In this document: positions 9,525 to 21,764 of the stretch, piece after piece
Numbering within the stretch: position 1 is the stretch's first letter
How the letters are laid out: every line of letters starts with the position of its first letter
NCBI RefSeq assembly: GCF_006345805.1
Contig: NC_043000.1
Location: forward strand, 15,500,001-15,564,000
DNA length: 64,000 nucleotides
Reading direction: 5' to 3'
From: Octopus sinensis
Taxonomy: Eukaryota
Program-made: the position numbers and the translations under genes
Notes under the pieces: model-generated
The model's database searches: none
The model's input: the letters and a program-made list of their open reading frames with translations, nothing else
Told to the model about the DNA's origin: nothing

Positions 9525-12265
9525 TTTACTTTGTTGACAACTGGACGCTTCTAAGGGACAACCTGCTGAAAGTCACTGTGGCTGGTGCAAAGTCCCCTCA
9601 AGACCCAAAATAACGTGGTGGTGGAACAATATTGTTGACAGGGCTATTAGACAAAAGAAACAGGCTTGGAAGGACTGGAAGAATGGTGGTAGCAGGGAAT
9701 TGTATCAGACTGCCAGAAGGGAAGCTAGGAGGCAGGTGTATTTAGCCAGAGGGGAAACAGATAAGAAAAAATTTGCCAATGTTCTGTGCCATGAGGATGA
9801 AAGACTTAAGGTATTTCGTGTTGCAAGACAGTGTGTGAGAGAGAATCGTGACGTGGTAAGAGAGAAATGTGTTCGCATGGATGATGGCTCACTTGCACTA
9901 AATGAGGATGCAAAGAGAGAGGTTTGGAGACGCCACTATGAAAGGTTGCTGAATGAGGAAAATGAATGGGATAAAGAGAGTCTGCCGAATGTCGACCCAA
10001 CAGAGGGACCAGCAATCCGAGTTGACAGTTCCTTGGTAGTTAAGGCAATTACAAGCATGAAAACAGGGAAAGCCCCAGGCCCATCAGGAATTACTGCAGA
10101 GATGCTCAAAATATCTGGTAGTGTAGGCTATAGCCTAGTCACCCGTATAGTTAACCTGGTGATACACGAAGGAGTCATTCCCAATGACTGGTGTAGCAGC
10201 ATAATAGTCAACTGCTACAAAGGTAAAGGTGACGCCCTAGATACAAATAACTACAGGAGTATCAAGCTGCTGGATTAGGTAATGAAGGTTACGGAGAGGG
10301 TTATAGCCCAACTAATTAGAGAGAGAGTTAGCTTAGATGAGATGCAGTTTGGGTTCGTGCCAGGGAAAAGTACTACTGATGCTATATTCCTGGTAAGACA
10401 GCTGCAGGAGAAATACCTAGCCAAAGATAAGCCCCTGTACCTGGCTTTTGTTGACATGGAGAAAGCCTTTGACAGGGTCCCCTGATCCCTTATCTGGTGG
10501 TCAATGAGGAAACTAGGGATAGATGAATGGTTAGTGAGAGCTGTGCGAGCCATGTACAGAGACGCTGCTAGTAAGGTGAGGGTTGGCAACGAGAACAGTG
10601 AAGAATTCCAGGTAGAGGTTGGAGTCCACCAAGGTTCAGTCCTCAGTCCCCTCCTATTTATCATAGTCCTCCAGGCAATAACGGAGGAATTCAAGACAGG
10701 ATGCCCCTGGGAGCTCCTCTATGCTGATGACCTTGCTCTAATTGCTGAGTCACTATCAGAACTGGAGGAGAAGTTTCAGGTGTGCAAGCAAGGATTAGAA
10801 TCGAAGGGCCTAAGAATCAACCTAGCCAAAACCAAAGTCCTAATAAGTAGGAAAGTAGACCAATCACAAACGCTTTCAGGTAGATGGCCCTGCTCGATCT
10901 GTAGAAAAGGTGTAGGTAGAAACTCTATAAGATGCACCAAGTGTAAGTTATGGACACATAAGAGGTGCAGCAATGTCAAAGGAAGGCTAATTAGGAAAAT
11001 AGTTTTTGTTTGTGGCAGATGCTCAGGAGCAATAAACACTGAAAATGTGTAGAGACCAACTTCTACCACATTCCAGGGAGAAAAACTAGAAGTAGTTGAT
11101 AGCTTCCGCTACCTAGGTGACCAAGTCAGTAGCGGGGGGTTGGTGTGCTGAAAGTGTAACTGCTAGAGTAAGAATAGCCTGGGCAAAGTTCAGAGAGCTC
11201 TTACCCCTGCTGGTGACAAAAGGCCTCTCGCTCAGAGTAAAAGGCAGACTGTATGGTGCATGTGTACGAACAGCCATGCTACATGGTAGTGAAACATGGG
11301 CTGTGACTGCTGAGGATATGCGTAAGCTCGCAAGAAATGAAGCCAGTATGCTCCGATGGATGTGTAATGTCAGTGTTCATACTCGACAAAGTGTAAGTAC
11401 CTTGAGAGAAAAGTTGGACCTAAGAAGCATCAGTTGTGGTGTACAAGAGAGACATTTGCGCTGGTATGGTCATGTGATGAGAATGGCTGAAGATAGTTGT
11501 GTGCAAAAGTGCCACACCCTAGCGGTTGAGGGAACCTGTGGAAGAGGTAGACCCAGGAAAACCTGGGACGAGGTGGTGAAGCACGACCTTCGAACTTTAG
11601 GTCTCACCAAGGAAATGACTAGAGACCGAGACCTATGGAAGTATGCTGTGTGTGAGAAGACCCGACAAGACTAGTGAGACCATAATCCATGGCCTCTACC
11701 TGGTATGTAGCCAGTCGACTTATACATACCTTTCCTTCTTGGGACACAAAACTCCACTTGTGAAGACCCATTGAGGCAAGTGAAAATCAAAAATCAAAAT
11801 CAAATCAAATCAAATCAGATATCAGAAAGTAGAACCAAAATCGAAGTCGATCAACATCAATGGAAATTGCAGCTGTGATACCAGTGCCAGTGGCAAGTAA
11901 GCGAACCATCCAATCGTGGCCATTGCCAGCGCCACCCCAACTGGCCTCCGTGCCGGTGGCATGTAAAAAGCACCATCCATTTGTGGCCGTTGCTAGCCTC
12001 GCCTGGCCCCCGTGCCAGTGGCACGTAAAAAGCACCATCTGTCCGTGGCCGTTGGCCAGCTCCATCTGGCACCTGTGCGGGTGGCATGTAAAAAGCACCC
12101 ACTACACTCACGGAGTGGTTGGCGTTAGGAAGGGCATCCAGCCGTAGAAACCCTGCCAGATCAGACTGGGCCTGATGCAGCCTTCTGGCTTCACAGACCC
12201 CAGTTGAACCGTCCAACCCATGCTAGCATGGAAAGCGGACGCTAAAAGATGATGATGATGATGAT
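9525..12265 (+). mobile_element. 5'-truncated RTE-clade LINE (RT with inserted PHD finger; long 3' UTR; (GAT)n tail), inactivated
   Basis: Motifs QFGFVPGKSTTDAIF, LAFVDMEKAFDRVP, GVHQGSVLSPLLF, YADD and FRYLG. Stops at 10276, 10483 and 11050; frameshifts near 9575 and 11135; no endonuclease domain; ORF ends at 11674. Confidence 0.95.
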
Positions 12266-12391
12266 ACACACACATATATATATACACCAAAATAGAGACA
12301 GACAGACAAACAAACATCCTGATGTTGATGAAACCACTGATGAAAGTGATTGATAATTGAAGAAATGATGATGTTGATATTGGTTATAGAC

Positions 12392-13081
12392 CAGGGCTGG
12401 CCAAACTGAGGCCCACAGGCCACATTCAGCCCGCAGACTTTTATCTTGCGGCCTGCTTGATACTTTCTTGAAATGGGTTTATTTAAACAAGCATTTTTAA
12501 ATTTTTGTTTTTGGATTTGGTTTACAAGATTCTTTATATGAGTTCATGTGTTGAAGCATATTCTGTTGTGTCTGGGGAGAGTCATTTTCTGTTTGTGCCT
12601 TATAATGTAACACACTCACTGGTAAAATTTCCACTTACTTCTTATTTTTATTTTCCTAAAATTTTCGTTGCGTCTTGCAACCTTTTCAATAGTTTTGACT
12701 CAAAACTATTGAAAAGGTTGTAAGATGCAATGAAAATTTTAGGAAAATAAAAATGAGAAATAAGTGGAAATTTTACCAGTGAGTGTGTTACATTATAAGG
12801 CACAAAAAGAGAATGACTCTCCCCAGACACAACAGAACATTTAGAAAATTTTATAAAAAATTAAAGATTGTAATGAATAGTGGCAATAAAATAGCAAAAA
12901 TATAAGCGGAAATAAAGCAACAGCCTACATTTTTATAATTTCAAACAAACGCAAAGTATGAAAAATTCTTGATTCTGTAATTTAATTATTCAACCATTAG
13001 TGTATAAAGTACACAAGCAGCCCTCAAATACCTTTCTGTGATTAAAGTGGTATGCAATGTAAACTGAGATGGCCTGGCCTG
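12392..13081. mobile_element. hAT-like MITE containing a 277-bp palindrome (12561-12837)
   Basis: Left end CAGGGCTGGCCAAACTG.GGCCC; degenerate right end TGGCCTGGCCTG; imperfect 8-bp flanks GTTATAGA/GTTATAGG. Confidence 0.6.
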
Positions 13082-13112
13082 TTATAGGTAGTGCTAGATA
13101 TACCATTGTGCT

Positions 13113-13345
13113 AGGGTGGCGAGCTGGCAGAATCGTTAGCACTCTGGGCAAAATGCTTAGCTGTATTTCGTCTGCCGTTACGTTCTGAGTTCAAATTCCA
13201 CCGAGGTCGACTTTATCTTTCATCCTTTCGGGGTTGATAAATTAAGTACCAGTTACGTACTGGGGTCAATGTAATCGACTTAATCCGTTTGTCTGTCCTT
13301 GTTTGTCCCCTCTATGTTTAGCCCCATGTGGGCAGTAAAGAAATA
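13113..13345 (+). mobile_element. Full-length SINE B (tail B1) with 17-bp TSD
   Basis: TSD AGATATACCATTGTGCT at 13096-13112 and 13346-13362; B-box GAGTTCAAATTCC; central GCCTTTCATCCTTTCGGGG-type domain. Confidence 0.95.
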
Positions 13346-13799
13346 AGATATACCATTGTGCTTAGGTATGCTTACACACAGGGTCCCATTGACCAGGGAA
13401 GCCCATCTTCCTGCCCACAAATCTTTTTATTGTCCAAGTAAGAGGCTTGTATCTTAACTAGCACAGGACCTCATTTGTCCTAAGTCAGGCACTGGGAGCA
13501 GCAGTGTAGATGGAAATGAGGAGATGACAATAGCATTTATGATAATAAGGGTGATGGTGGTAAGGTTGGCAGTAGAGTGAAGGGTGATAATGTTGATAAT
13601 GATGGTGGTGATGGTGGTTATGATAGTGATGACAATGATGATGATGCTGATAATGCTGCTGCTTGCCAATAACTGAATTTGTAACTTTTATTCGGTGTTT
13701 AATAAATTTTACATGTCGCGATCCAGTTTTGTGTTTTCTTGTGATGTCTAAATATGTAACACTATCTATTTGGACAGTGTGCCAATTTCTAACTAAATA

Positions 13800-14156
13800 A
13801 ACTAACACACAACACACACACACACACACACACCACACACACACATACACACACACACACACACACACCACACACATGTACACACTCACACACAGAATAA
13901 ATGCTTGAAATATTTGTGTGTGTGTGTGTTTATGTGAGTGTGCCTGCGTGTCTTTTTGCCAAGTATGTTCAGTAAATCGAAAAAAATAAATCCATTTATG
14001 TAATTAATCCTAATATGAGTGGGTTTGGTGGGTTTGCAAATATATATATATATGTGTATGTGTGTGTATGTGTGTGACACATGTATTATATGTGTGTATA
14101 TGTGCATACACACACATATTCATACAAATGTGTGTATATGTATATATATATATTAT

Positions 14157-14187
<31 letters not shown>

Positions 14188-14218
14188 CACACACATATAT
14201 ATATATAATATATATATA

Positions 14219-14270
<52 letters not shown>

Positions 14271-14272
14271 TA

Positions 14273-14358
<86 letters not shown>

Positions 14359-14470
14359 TAGAGAGATAGATGTATATATAAACTTACACATATGTACACA
14401 TACACACATACTCCATAATACATGTACATACACATAGACACACACATACACACATAGACATGCATATACA
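13800..14470. repeat. Compound (CA)n/(TA)n/(GA)n microsatellite
   Basis: Seen directly. Confidence 0.95.
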
Positions 14471-14879
14471 TATTTTATTTTCTCAAAGAAGGCAAAAATA
14501 AAAGATTTTTCCAGGTATCCCTGACATGCACAATGTCTTTCTTCTAACGAGACACAGCTGGTGACCAGCGGTGCCTTTGGAAAGAAGTTTTGGCATGGGG
14601 AGTTAAGGGCACGTCTTGTCAATAGTTGATCTACAAATACATCTCCGTAACCCCACTTCCCACCACCTGCTAAGTTCCGTCATTAAGAGTTGAATTTCAA
14701 CAAATAACACACATAACTAGGTGGCCAGTTAAGCTTCTGTAATATTTTCAACCTGTTGTACACGCTTTAAAGACTATCTTTGGCTATGCATGGAATTTCA
14801 GGGTTCAAATTTAGGATTATGTAAGGGCTGATCTTTGGAAAAGAATGAGTTAATGATAGATATAAGCAGAACAGGTGAA

Positions 14880-15290
14880 TATTTTGTTTGTTGTTGCTAC
14901 TGTTGTTTTTAGTCTTTTAGCCTCTTTCTTCCTCTGCTTTTCACCTGTCTTTTCCTTTCTTTCTGTTTTCTCATTCTTTGTTCCCTTTCTTTTTTATTTC
15001 CTTCCCCCCTCTCTTCTTTCTTTCTTTCTGTCTGTCTTTCTCCCTCTTTTTCTTTCTTTCTTTCTCCTTTACATCAGTTTTCAATATTTTTCTCTTTCTT
15101 TCAAGGTTGCCCTTCCTTCTTCTTTGCTCATTTTTCTTTTTCCCTTCTCTCAACATGCTTTCTTTTGTCCACTCTCGTTTTCTGTCTTCTCTCTCTCCTC
15201 TCTCTCTCTTTCTCTTTCTCCACCTATTTCTTTCTTTCTTCATCTCTATTGTTCTCCCCTTTATTTAAAATTTTTCTTCTCTCTTTTTAC
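14880..15290. repeat. Polypyrimidine low-complexity tract
   Basis: Seen directly. Confidence 0.85.
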
Positions 15291-15619
15291 ACCTACTGAA
15301 AATTTGTATCCACGGACATACAAACAGATACAACCCTAACCCTAACCCTACAAATACCAACTCATATCTCCATGCTCTGAGTTCAAATCTCATTCACACT
15401 ACCTTTGCATTTCTTTGTTTCAGGGCCCATAAAGTAAAATATCTGTCTAGGGTAGTTGAATGGCACTGTATAAGATACTTTGTGGAATTTTTTATGATTT
15501 AGCACCTCCATCTACCTCTTTGGTCATTCTGTTGCTAGCAATAGGATCAGATTTCCAGTTTAAGAATAACTTTCCCTTTCTTCCTCTTATTGTAGGTTTC
15601 CCATTCCTTCTCTTAAGGG

Positions 15620-16215
15620 CTACAACAATAAATGTAGGCACGGAGAATAGTAGGTCTAGTGAGGCTGTAGAAATGCTGGAGCAAAGACAAGTGTATGAGT
15701 GCTGTGTGCAAGAGGAAAGGTGGAAAGGATCCTCAACCAAACTCCTCATAAGTAAGAAACAACAACCCAAATTCTTCTGGGTGATCAATAGTGACAGGTA
15801 TACTATTATCTGAGAAATGGAGAAAGTAATTGAGGTAGTCAGAGTGTGTGAAAGGACAATTAAGATGAAACTAGTTATAGTTAACTCGACAGCGACAATT
15901 ATCACAGCATATGCCCCACAGGCAGAATTAACAAAACAAAGGACCCACTTCTATAAGACCTTTCCGCAAATTATTTCAACGACAATTGACGGCAACTTCA
16001 TTATCATGGCTGACAGCATCAGTGGACATGATGACCAACACATTGATGGTTTCCCTAACATACATGGAGGCTATGAAATATATATATTCAAGAAATGAAA
16101 AGAATGTAATGCTTCTGGAATTATTTGATGCAAATGATTGAGCAATTTGCAACACACTCTTTAGGAAACCAGCCAACCACCTCATCACCTACTAATGTGG
16201 TGAACACACAAATCA
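15620..16215 (+). mobile_element. Degenerate RTE-type AP endonuclease fragment
   Basis: NVGT..SEAVEML..CCVQEERWKG, IITAYAPQ and CNTLFRKPANHLITY-like motifs, with stops and frameshifts. Confidence 0.8.
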
Positions 16216-16257
16216 GATTCTCACATTCTTACCAAGAAATGGGTCAGAAAGGATTAC

Positions 16258-16470
16258 TCTTTTACTCATTTACTAGTTTCAGTCATTTGACTGTGGTCAT
16301 GCTGGAGCACTGCTTTTAGTCGAGCAAATCGACCCTAGGACTTATTCTACTGTAAGCCTAGTACTTATTCTACTGGTCTCTTTTGCTGAACCGCTAAGTT
16401 ACGGGGACGTAAACATACCAGTATTGGTTGTCAAGCGATGTTGGGGGGACAAACACAGACATACAAACAT
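16258..16470 (-). mobile_element. SINE A 3' half, followed by (TA)n/(GAT)n
   Basis: Match to the SINE A tail. Confidence 0.85.
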
Positions 16471-16480
16471 ATATACATGC

Positions 16481-16521
<41 letters not shown>

Positions 16522-16560
16522 TATATACGATGGTGGTGGTGGTGGTGGTGATGGTGATGG

Positions 16561-16604
<44 letters not shown>

Positions 16605-17104
16605 GTGATAGTGATGATTATGATGATGATGATGGTGATTAGAGCCTGATATGGCCTGTTTAAATACTAAAAGATTAAGTATGTTATGCCTGAAATACTA
16701 AAAAATAAAAAATATGACCATCACTCTGATGAAAGGCTTGTTAAATCAGGGCTGACCTGGGGTTAAAATAATACAATAACAACTATTCATACTAATATGC
16801 ATACACACACATCAATGCACAGTGACACACAGACATATACACAAATATATTTATATTTGTGTGTGGACAAAACAGAAAGTTATAATTAGACAACTCATGG
16901 CCTTTTCATTCTGTCATCTGCATCATTAGACTTTGCATTCATACTTTATTTTGAAAGGCAAATTATAAACATATATATCTCTCTTGTTTATTTCTGGGTG
17001 AGGTCTTAACAAGTATTACTTTAATTTAACTTTTATACCTACCTACTAAGCTACCTGCCTACCAACCTACCTACCTACCCACCTACCTACCTAGCTACCT
17101 ACCT

Positions 17105-17335
17105 ATTTCTTTATTGCCAACAAGGGGCTAAACATAGAGTGGACAACAAGGACAGACAAAGGGATTAAGTCAATTACATCGATTGCAGTGCGTAACTGGT
17201 ACTTAATTTATCGACCCTGAAAGGATGAAAGGTAAAGTCGACCTCGGCAGAATTTGAACTTAGAACATAAAAACAGACGAAATACTGCAAGGCATTTTGC
17301 CCAGCATGCTAACGTTTCTGCCAGCTCACCGCCTT
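17105..17335 (-). mobile_element. SINE B within (CTAC)n
   Basis: Match to SINE B. Confidence 0.85.
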
Positions 17336-17599
17336 ACCTACCTACCTACCTTTCTACATACATACATACATACATACATACATGCTTCTACACACACACA
17401 AATATATATGTACATATGTTTCTGTTCATGTGTGAGTATGTGTGCATGTGTGAATGTGTCTGGGTGTGTACATATGTATGTCATTATTTAGTTTAATTTC
17501 AAGATTTCTTGCCAACAGAGAAAGAGCCAGTTTCTAACCTAGATCTAAGGTTCCTTCATTGGAATTTCAACAATGAAGGGTATTTTTGTATGTATTTAC

Positions 17600-17630
<31 letters not shown>

Positions 17631-17689
17631 TGTATGTATGTATGTATGTATGTATGTATGTATGTATGTATGCTCTAAACATGCTCATA

Positions 17690-18150
17690 TATGATAAACT
17701 TCTGGGATGTTTTACAGATTTTTACAGTTCCAGTGATGACTTGAATCTGTAGTTTTCAAAACAGCTTCCTCCTCTCTGGTTTTCAGAAACCTAATTTCTC
17801 AAGATTGATACTTAGGCAGTATGTTACAAATCCCAGTGTCCCAATAGTTATAGGTATAAACCTGAACTTGTAATCTGAGTAGACTAACTGTAAATTTCTC
17901 AATAATTCAGCATAGGTATTTTCTTTTTTGCTGATCTTTAGCTTTATGTTAACATCTACTGGGCAGCTGATTTCCACAACTGTACACAGTTTCTATTCTC
18001 TATCTCAAATCGTTATGTCAGGTCTGTTGTGCTTACATTTTATTAAGGTCTTCATTGGGACATTCTACCAGTACTCCTTCTTATGGGTGGCTATGACATC
18101 TACCATATCGTGGTTTCTTATTTTTCTGGCTTCAGGGTTATCCTTCCAAT
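17690..18150 (-). mobile_element. RLE-type (R4-like) retrotransposon 3' fragment within (TATG)n
   Basis: Translates HNRPDITI..VVEISCPVDVN..K..Y..L..RFIPITIGTLG; flanked on both sides by TATG repeats. Confidence 0.75.
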
Positions 18151-18161
18151 GGATTTCATTA

Positions 18162-18197
<36 letters not shown>

Positions 18198-18769
18198 TGT
18201 GTTATGGCAAAAATCATGACACCCCCTTGTGAGAATGGACTAGCCAAACTTGTCTAAGTGAGGGATGAGAAATCACAGGAAGTTGAAAGGTGTCATTCGT
18301 GAGTTTGTGGAGTCACAGGAAATTGTTGAGAAGTTGTTTTGAATTGGTTACAGTTGTTGGCAGAGTATTTGGAAATACAGCAATTGGAGACAGTATATGT
18401 CACTAAGGTGGCATATACAGAAATCACTTTTTAAAACTATGTATATACATGGTTGGATAAAATAATGGAAACACCACTTTTTATTTAATATGTTTTCTAT
18501 TAGCAGTGTGACAAATTCAGAACTGTCTTAATCTGTATATATGTGTTCTTGTGCATCATGTACATCTTGTACTTCATAATATAGCCCTCTTCTTTTTCTT
18601 TTATCTTTTTCTTTTCTCTTTTTGTAGATATTTATATTTAAATAAGTTAAAATGTGTGACCTTCTTAATTTTCAAAGAGGATAAATTATTGGAGCACAGA
18701 TGGATGGAGCTACAGTCAATAAAGCAACAGTACTGTATAATGTTTTCAGAGGTACAATCTCAACAATGA

Positions 18770-19300
18770 TATTGGCATTCTAAAACCAAGGTAAAACTAG
18801 CTCTGGCAAATATAATTCTGAATGGAAAGCAATGCTCTCTGAGTAGGACTGTAGAATAGGGGAATGTATTGTGTCTAAAACCCGTTGAACCCTGCAGAGC
18901 TAAACCACCTACCTTGCCCATCCTGTGACAACCAAAACAGTTCAATAAAGCTGGATACTATGGAAGAGCTGTGAAATTGCTAAATTGCATAGAGAATTAA
19001 ACCAAATTACTTTTCTGTCTCTAATTCTCTTAGGATTTGAGGTTGAGGGTTGGATGGGGGATCTTCCTTATATACTAGTTTATGGGTAAAGCTGCTCCTC
19101 AATAATACCTTATTACAATGAGGTGGAATCCTATTGAAGACCTTCCTGTCTGCTAATAGATTGGTTTTTCCTTTGCTGATGGCTGTTACTAGGTTTCTAA
19201 TTACAGTTATGGGATGGTTAGAATGTCTAAAAATACAAACAATATCTTTGTTGGGCTTTCTGTGGAATATTGACAAATTGACTCTTAAAACCCTGTCTGC
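18770..19300 (-). mobile_element. Penelope-like element RT C-terminal fragment
   Basis: ORF 19007-19276 (FHRKPNKDIVCIFRHSNHPITVIRNLVTAISK) resembles the PLE motif Y/HRKP..SNHP..I.N. Confidence 0.7.
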
Positions 19301-19446
19301 TTCATCATGTGGACAAACAATGGTGTAATGTTACTTGGATAGTAAAACAATCACAAGACTTGAACTAAACAATGGAGCATTGTTTTGAAACAGCTGATCA
19401 AATGGGTGTATCCAGCACCCATCTCATCTGTAATTGTTTTTAATAT

Positions 19447-19840
19447 TGGTGCAGGAGTGGCTGTGTGGTAAATAGCTTGCTTACTAACTACAAGGTTCCA
19501 GGTTCAGTCCCACTGCATGGCACCTTGGGCAAGTGTCTTCTACTATAGCCCTGGGCCGACCAAAGCCTTGTGAGTGGATTTAATAGACAGAAACTGAAAA
19601 AAGCCCGTCATATATATGTATATGTATATGTGTATGTGTTTGTCCCCCCACCCCAACATCGCTTGACAACCAATGCTGGTGTGTTTACATCCCCGCAACT
19701 TAGCAGTTCGGCAAAAGAGACCAATAGAATAAGTACTAGGCTTCCAAACAATAAGTCCTGGGTTCGATTTCCTCGACTAAAGGCAGTGCTCAAGCATGGC
19801 CGCAGTCAAATGAATGAAACAAGTAAAAGAAAGTAAAAGA
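19447..19840 (+). mobile_element. Full-length SINE A
   Basis: tRNA-like head, CCTTGGGCAAGTG CORE-like box, (GTAAAAGA) tail. Confidence 0.9.
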
Positions 19841-19947
19841 GATGTGTGTGTGTGTGTGCATGTGTGTGCATGTGTGCATGTACAGACAGTCATGTGCACA
19901 TACACATACGTGCATGTATACACACACACACACACACATACATATCT

Positions 19948-20355
19948 CTTTTACTCTCTTTTACTTGTTTCAGTCATTTGACTGTGGCCATGCTGGAGCA
20001 CCACCTTTAGTCAAGCGAATCGACCCCAGGACTTATTCGTTGTAAGCTTAGTGCTTATTTTATCAGTTCCTTTTGCTGAACTACTAAGTTATGGGTCATA
20101 AACACACCACCATCAGTTATCAAGCGATGTTGAGGGGACAAATACAGACTCACAAACATATACACACACATACATATATATATCTACATATATACAACAG
20201 GCTTCTTTCAGTTTCTCTCTACTAAATCCACTCACAAGGCTTTGGTCGGCCTGAGGCTATAGTAGAAGACACTTGCCCGTGGTACCATGCAGTGGGAATG
20301 AACCTGCAACCATGTGGTTGGTAAGCAAGCTACTTACCACACATCCACTCCTGCA
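19948..20355 (-). mobile_element. Full-length SINE A (tail-to-tail with the previous copy)
   Basis: Reverse-complement match. Confidence 0.9.
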
Positions 20356-20584
20356 CCTATCTATGTATAACATGTGTATATTGTGCATGCATCTATGTAT
20401 TTATATACATACATACATATATATGTGTGTGCATGCATATGTATGTATGCATGTATGTATGTACAAAAGATTAAATGTAGAAACAGGCAAACAACTGGTA
20501 TCTGGTCAAATCATCACATTCGTATATTTAAACATTGACACAGCATGATTGTAGAATTTAATGATACTAGAGTTTATCTATCTA

Positions 20585-20675
<91 letters not shown>

Positions 20676-20681
20676 CTGTTG

Positions 20682-20939
20682 ACTGGCTTCTGTGCCGGTG
20701 GCACGTAAAAAGCACCAACCGATTGTGGCCGCTGCCAGACTTCCCTGGCATCTGTGCCGGTGGCACATAAAAAGCACCCACTACACTCACAGAGTGGTTG
20801 GCGTTAGGAAGGGCATCTAGCTGTAGAAACACTTCCAGATCAGACTGGAGCCTGGCGCAGCCTCCTGGCTTCCCAGACCCCGGTTGAACTGTCTAACCCG
20901 TGCTAGCACGGATAACGGACGTTAAATGATGATGATGAT
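20682..20939 (+). mobile_element. Orphan RTE 3' UTR copy
   Basis: Same order of motifs and (GAT)n tail as 11850-12265. Confidence 0.85.
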
Positions 20940-21124
20940 ATTTGTGTTAGGTTGTTTCATATGGAATGTCACATTTTTAATTACTTGTTATTTCAGTCAT
21001 TTAAAAAACTCAATTATATATACTTTGCATTTAATCTTGACTCTTTTTCTTTCCCAACAATATTGGTATACATAATTCGTACCCACAGAACTTATGAAAA
21101 TGATAACAACCAAACTATGTTGAA

Positions 21125-21343
21125 TGATTTTCTCATATAAGTACAAACTTTAATGTTTCAAGCCTATGCTCTTCCACAGAAAGGAACACAGAAAGAAACA
21201 TGGAGAGAAAATAAAGACTGTGTAGTGGCTAGCGATTTATCATGGCGAATTATATATATATATATAAAATAATATGTTACAATTATTCAATAGTCAAGAT
21301 TATATATATATATATATATATACACACACATATATATGTATAC

Positions 21344-21415
<72 letters not shown>

Positions 21416-21733
21416 AGGTTTGGAGATGATGTACAGGTATTTTATATTAGAAGAAATGAGGTACTCAGAAAATCGGATGGTTTATATTTACAGATATTTA
21501 TTTGTATATTACATTTTTTATATATCATATAACTTAGATCATGTATTAGCGCTTTCTCCTATTCTAGTGGGGTTTTCAAATCAAACTAATTTCCTGTGTG
21601 AGGAGTTTTGACCATTTTATAGTGGTACACATATGTAAAATGAGATAAAACCACTATTATGCAACTCAAACTGTGATAGACATAAACCAATACCTAAATA
21701 ACAAATAATATATATAATTTATATAATATATAA

Positions 21734-21764
<31 letters not shown>

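Noticed and set aside
9806-10694. Antisense ORFs over the RTE, CR1 (49091-50384) and SCCPDH (55927-57051)
   Set aside because: These are shadow ORFs of real coding sequence on the opposite strand or frame.
10276-11141. A-to-I editing could recode the RTE stops (TAG, TGA, TAG; all apparently C-to-T from CAG/CGA) to Trp and revive the element
   Set aside because: A +1 frameshift near 11135, another near 9575 and the missing endonuclease and 5' end make it dead regardless; C-to-T is simply the commonest mutation.
11920-12100. HDV-like ribozyme in the RTE UTR units (CCAGCCTCGCCTGGC resembles HDV P3/L3)
   Set aside because: I could not build a 7-bp P1, P1.1 or P2 pairing; I also did not notice a hammerhead core. 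An Infernal/RNArobo search would be decisive.
15332-15350. Interstitial telomere (CCCTAA)3; also (TTAGGG)3 at about 36162
   Set aside because: Only three units; the second run is inside a MITE.
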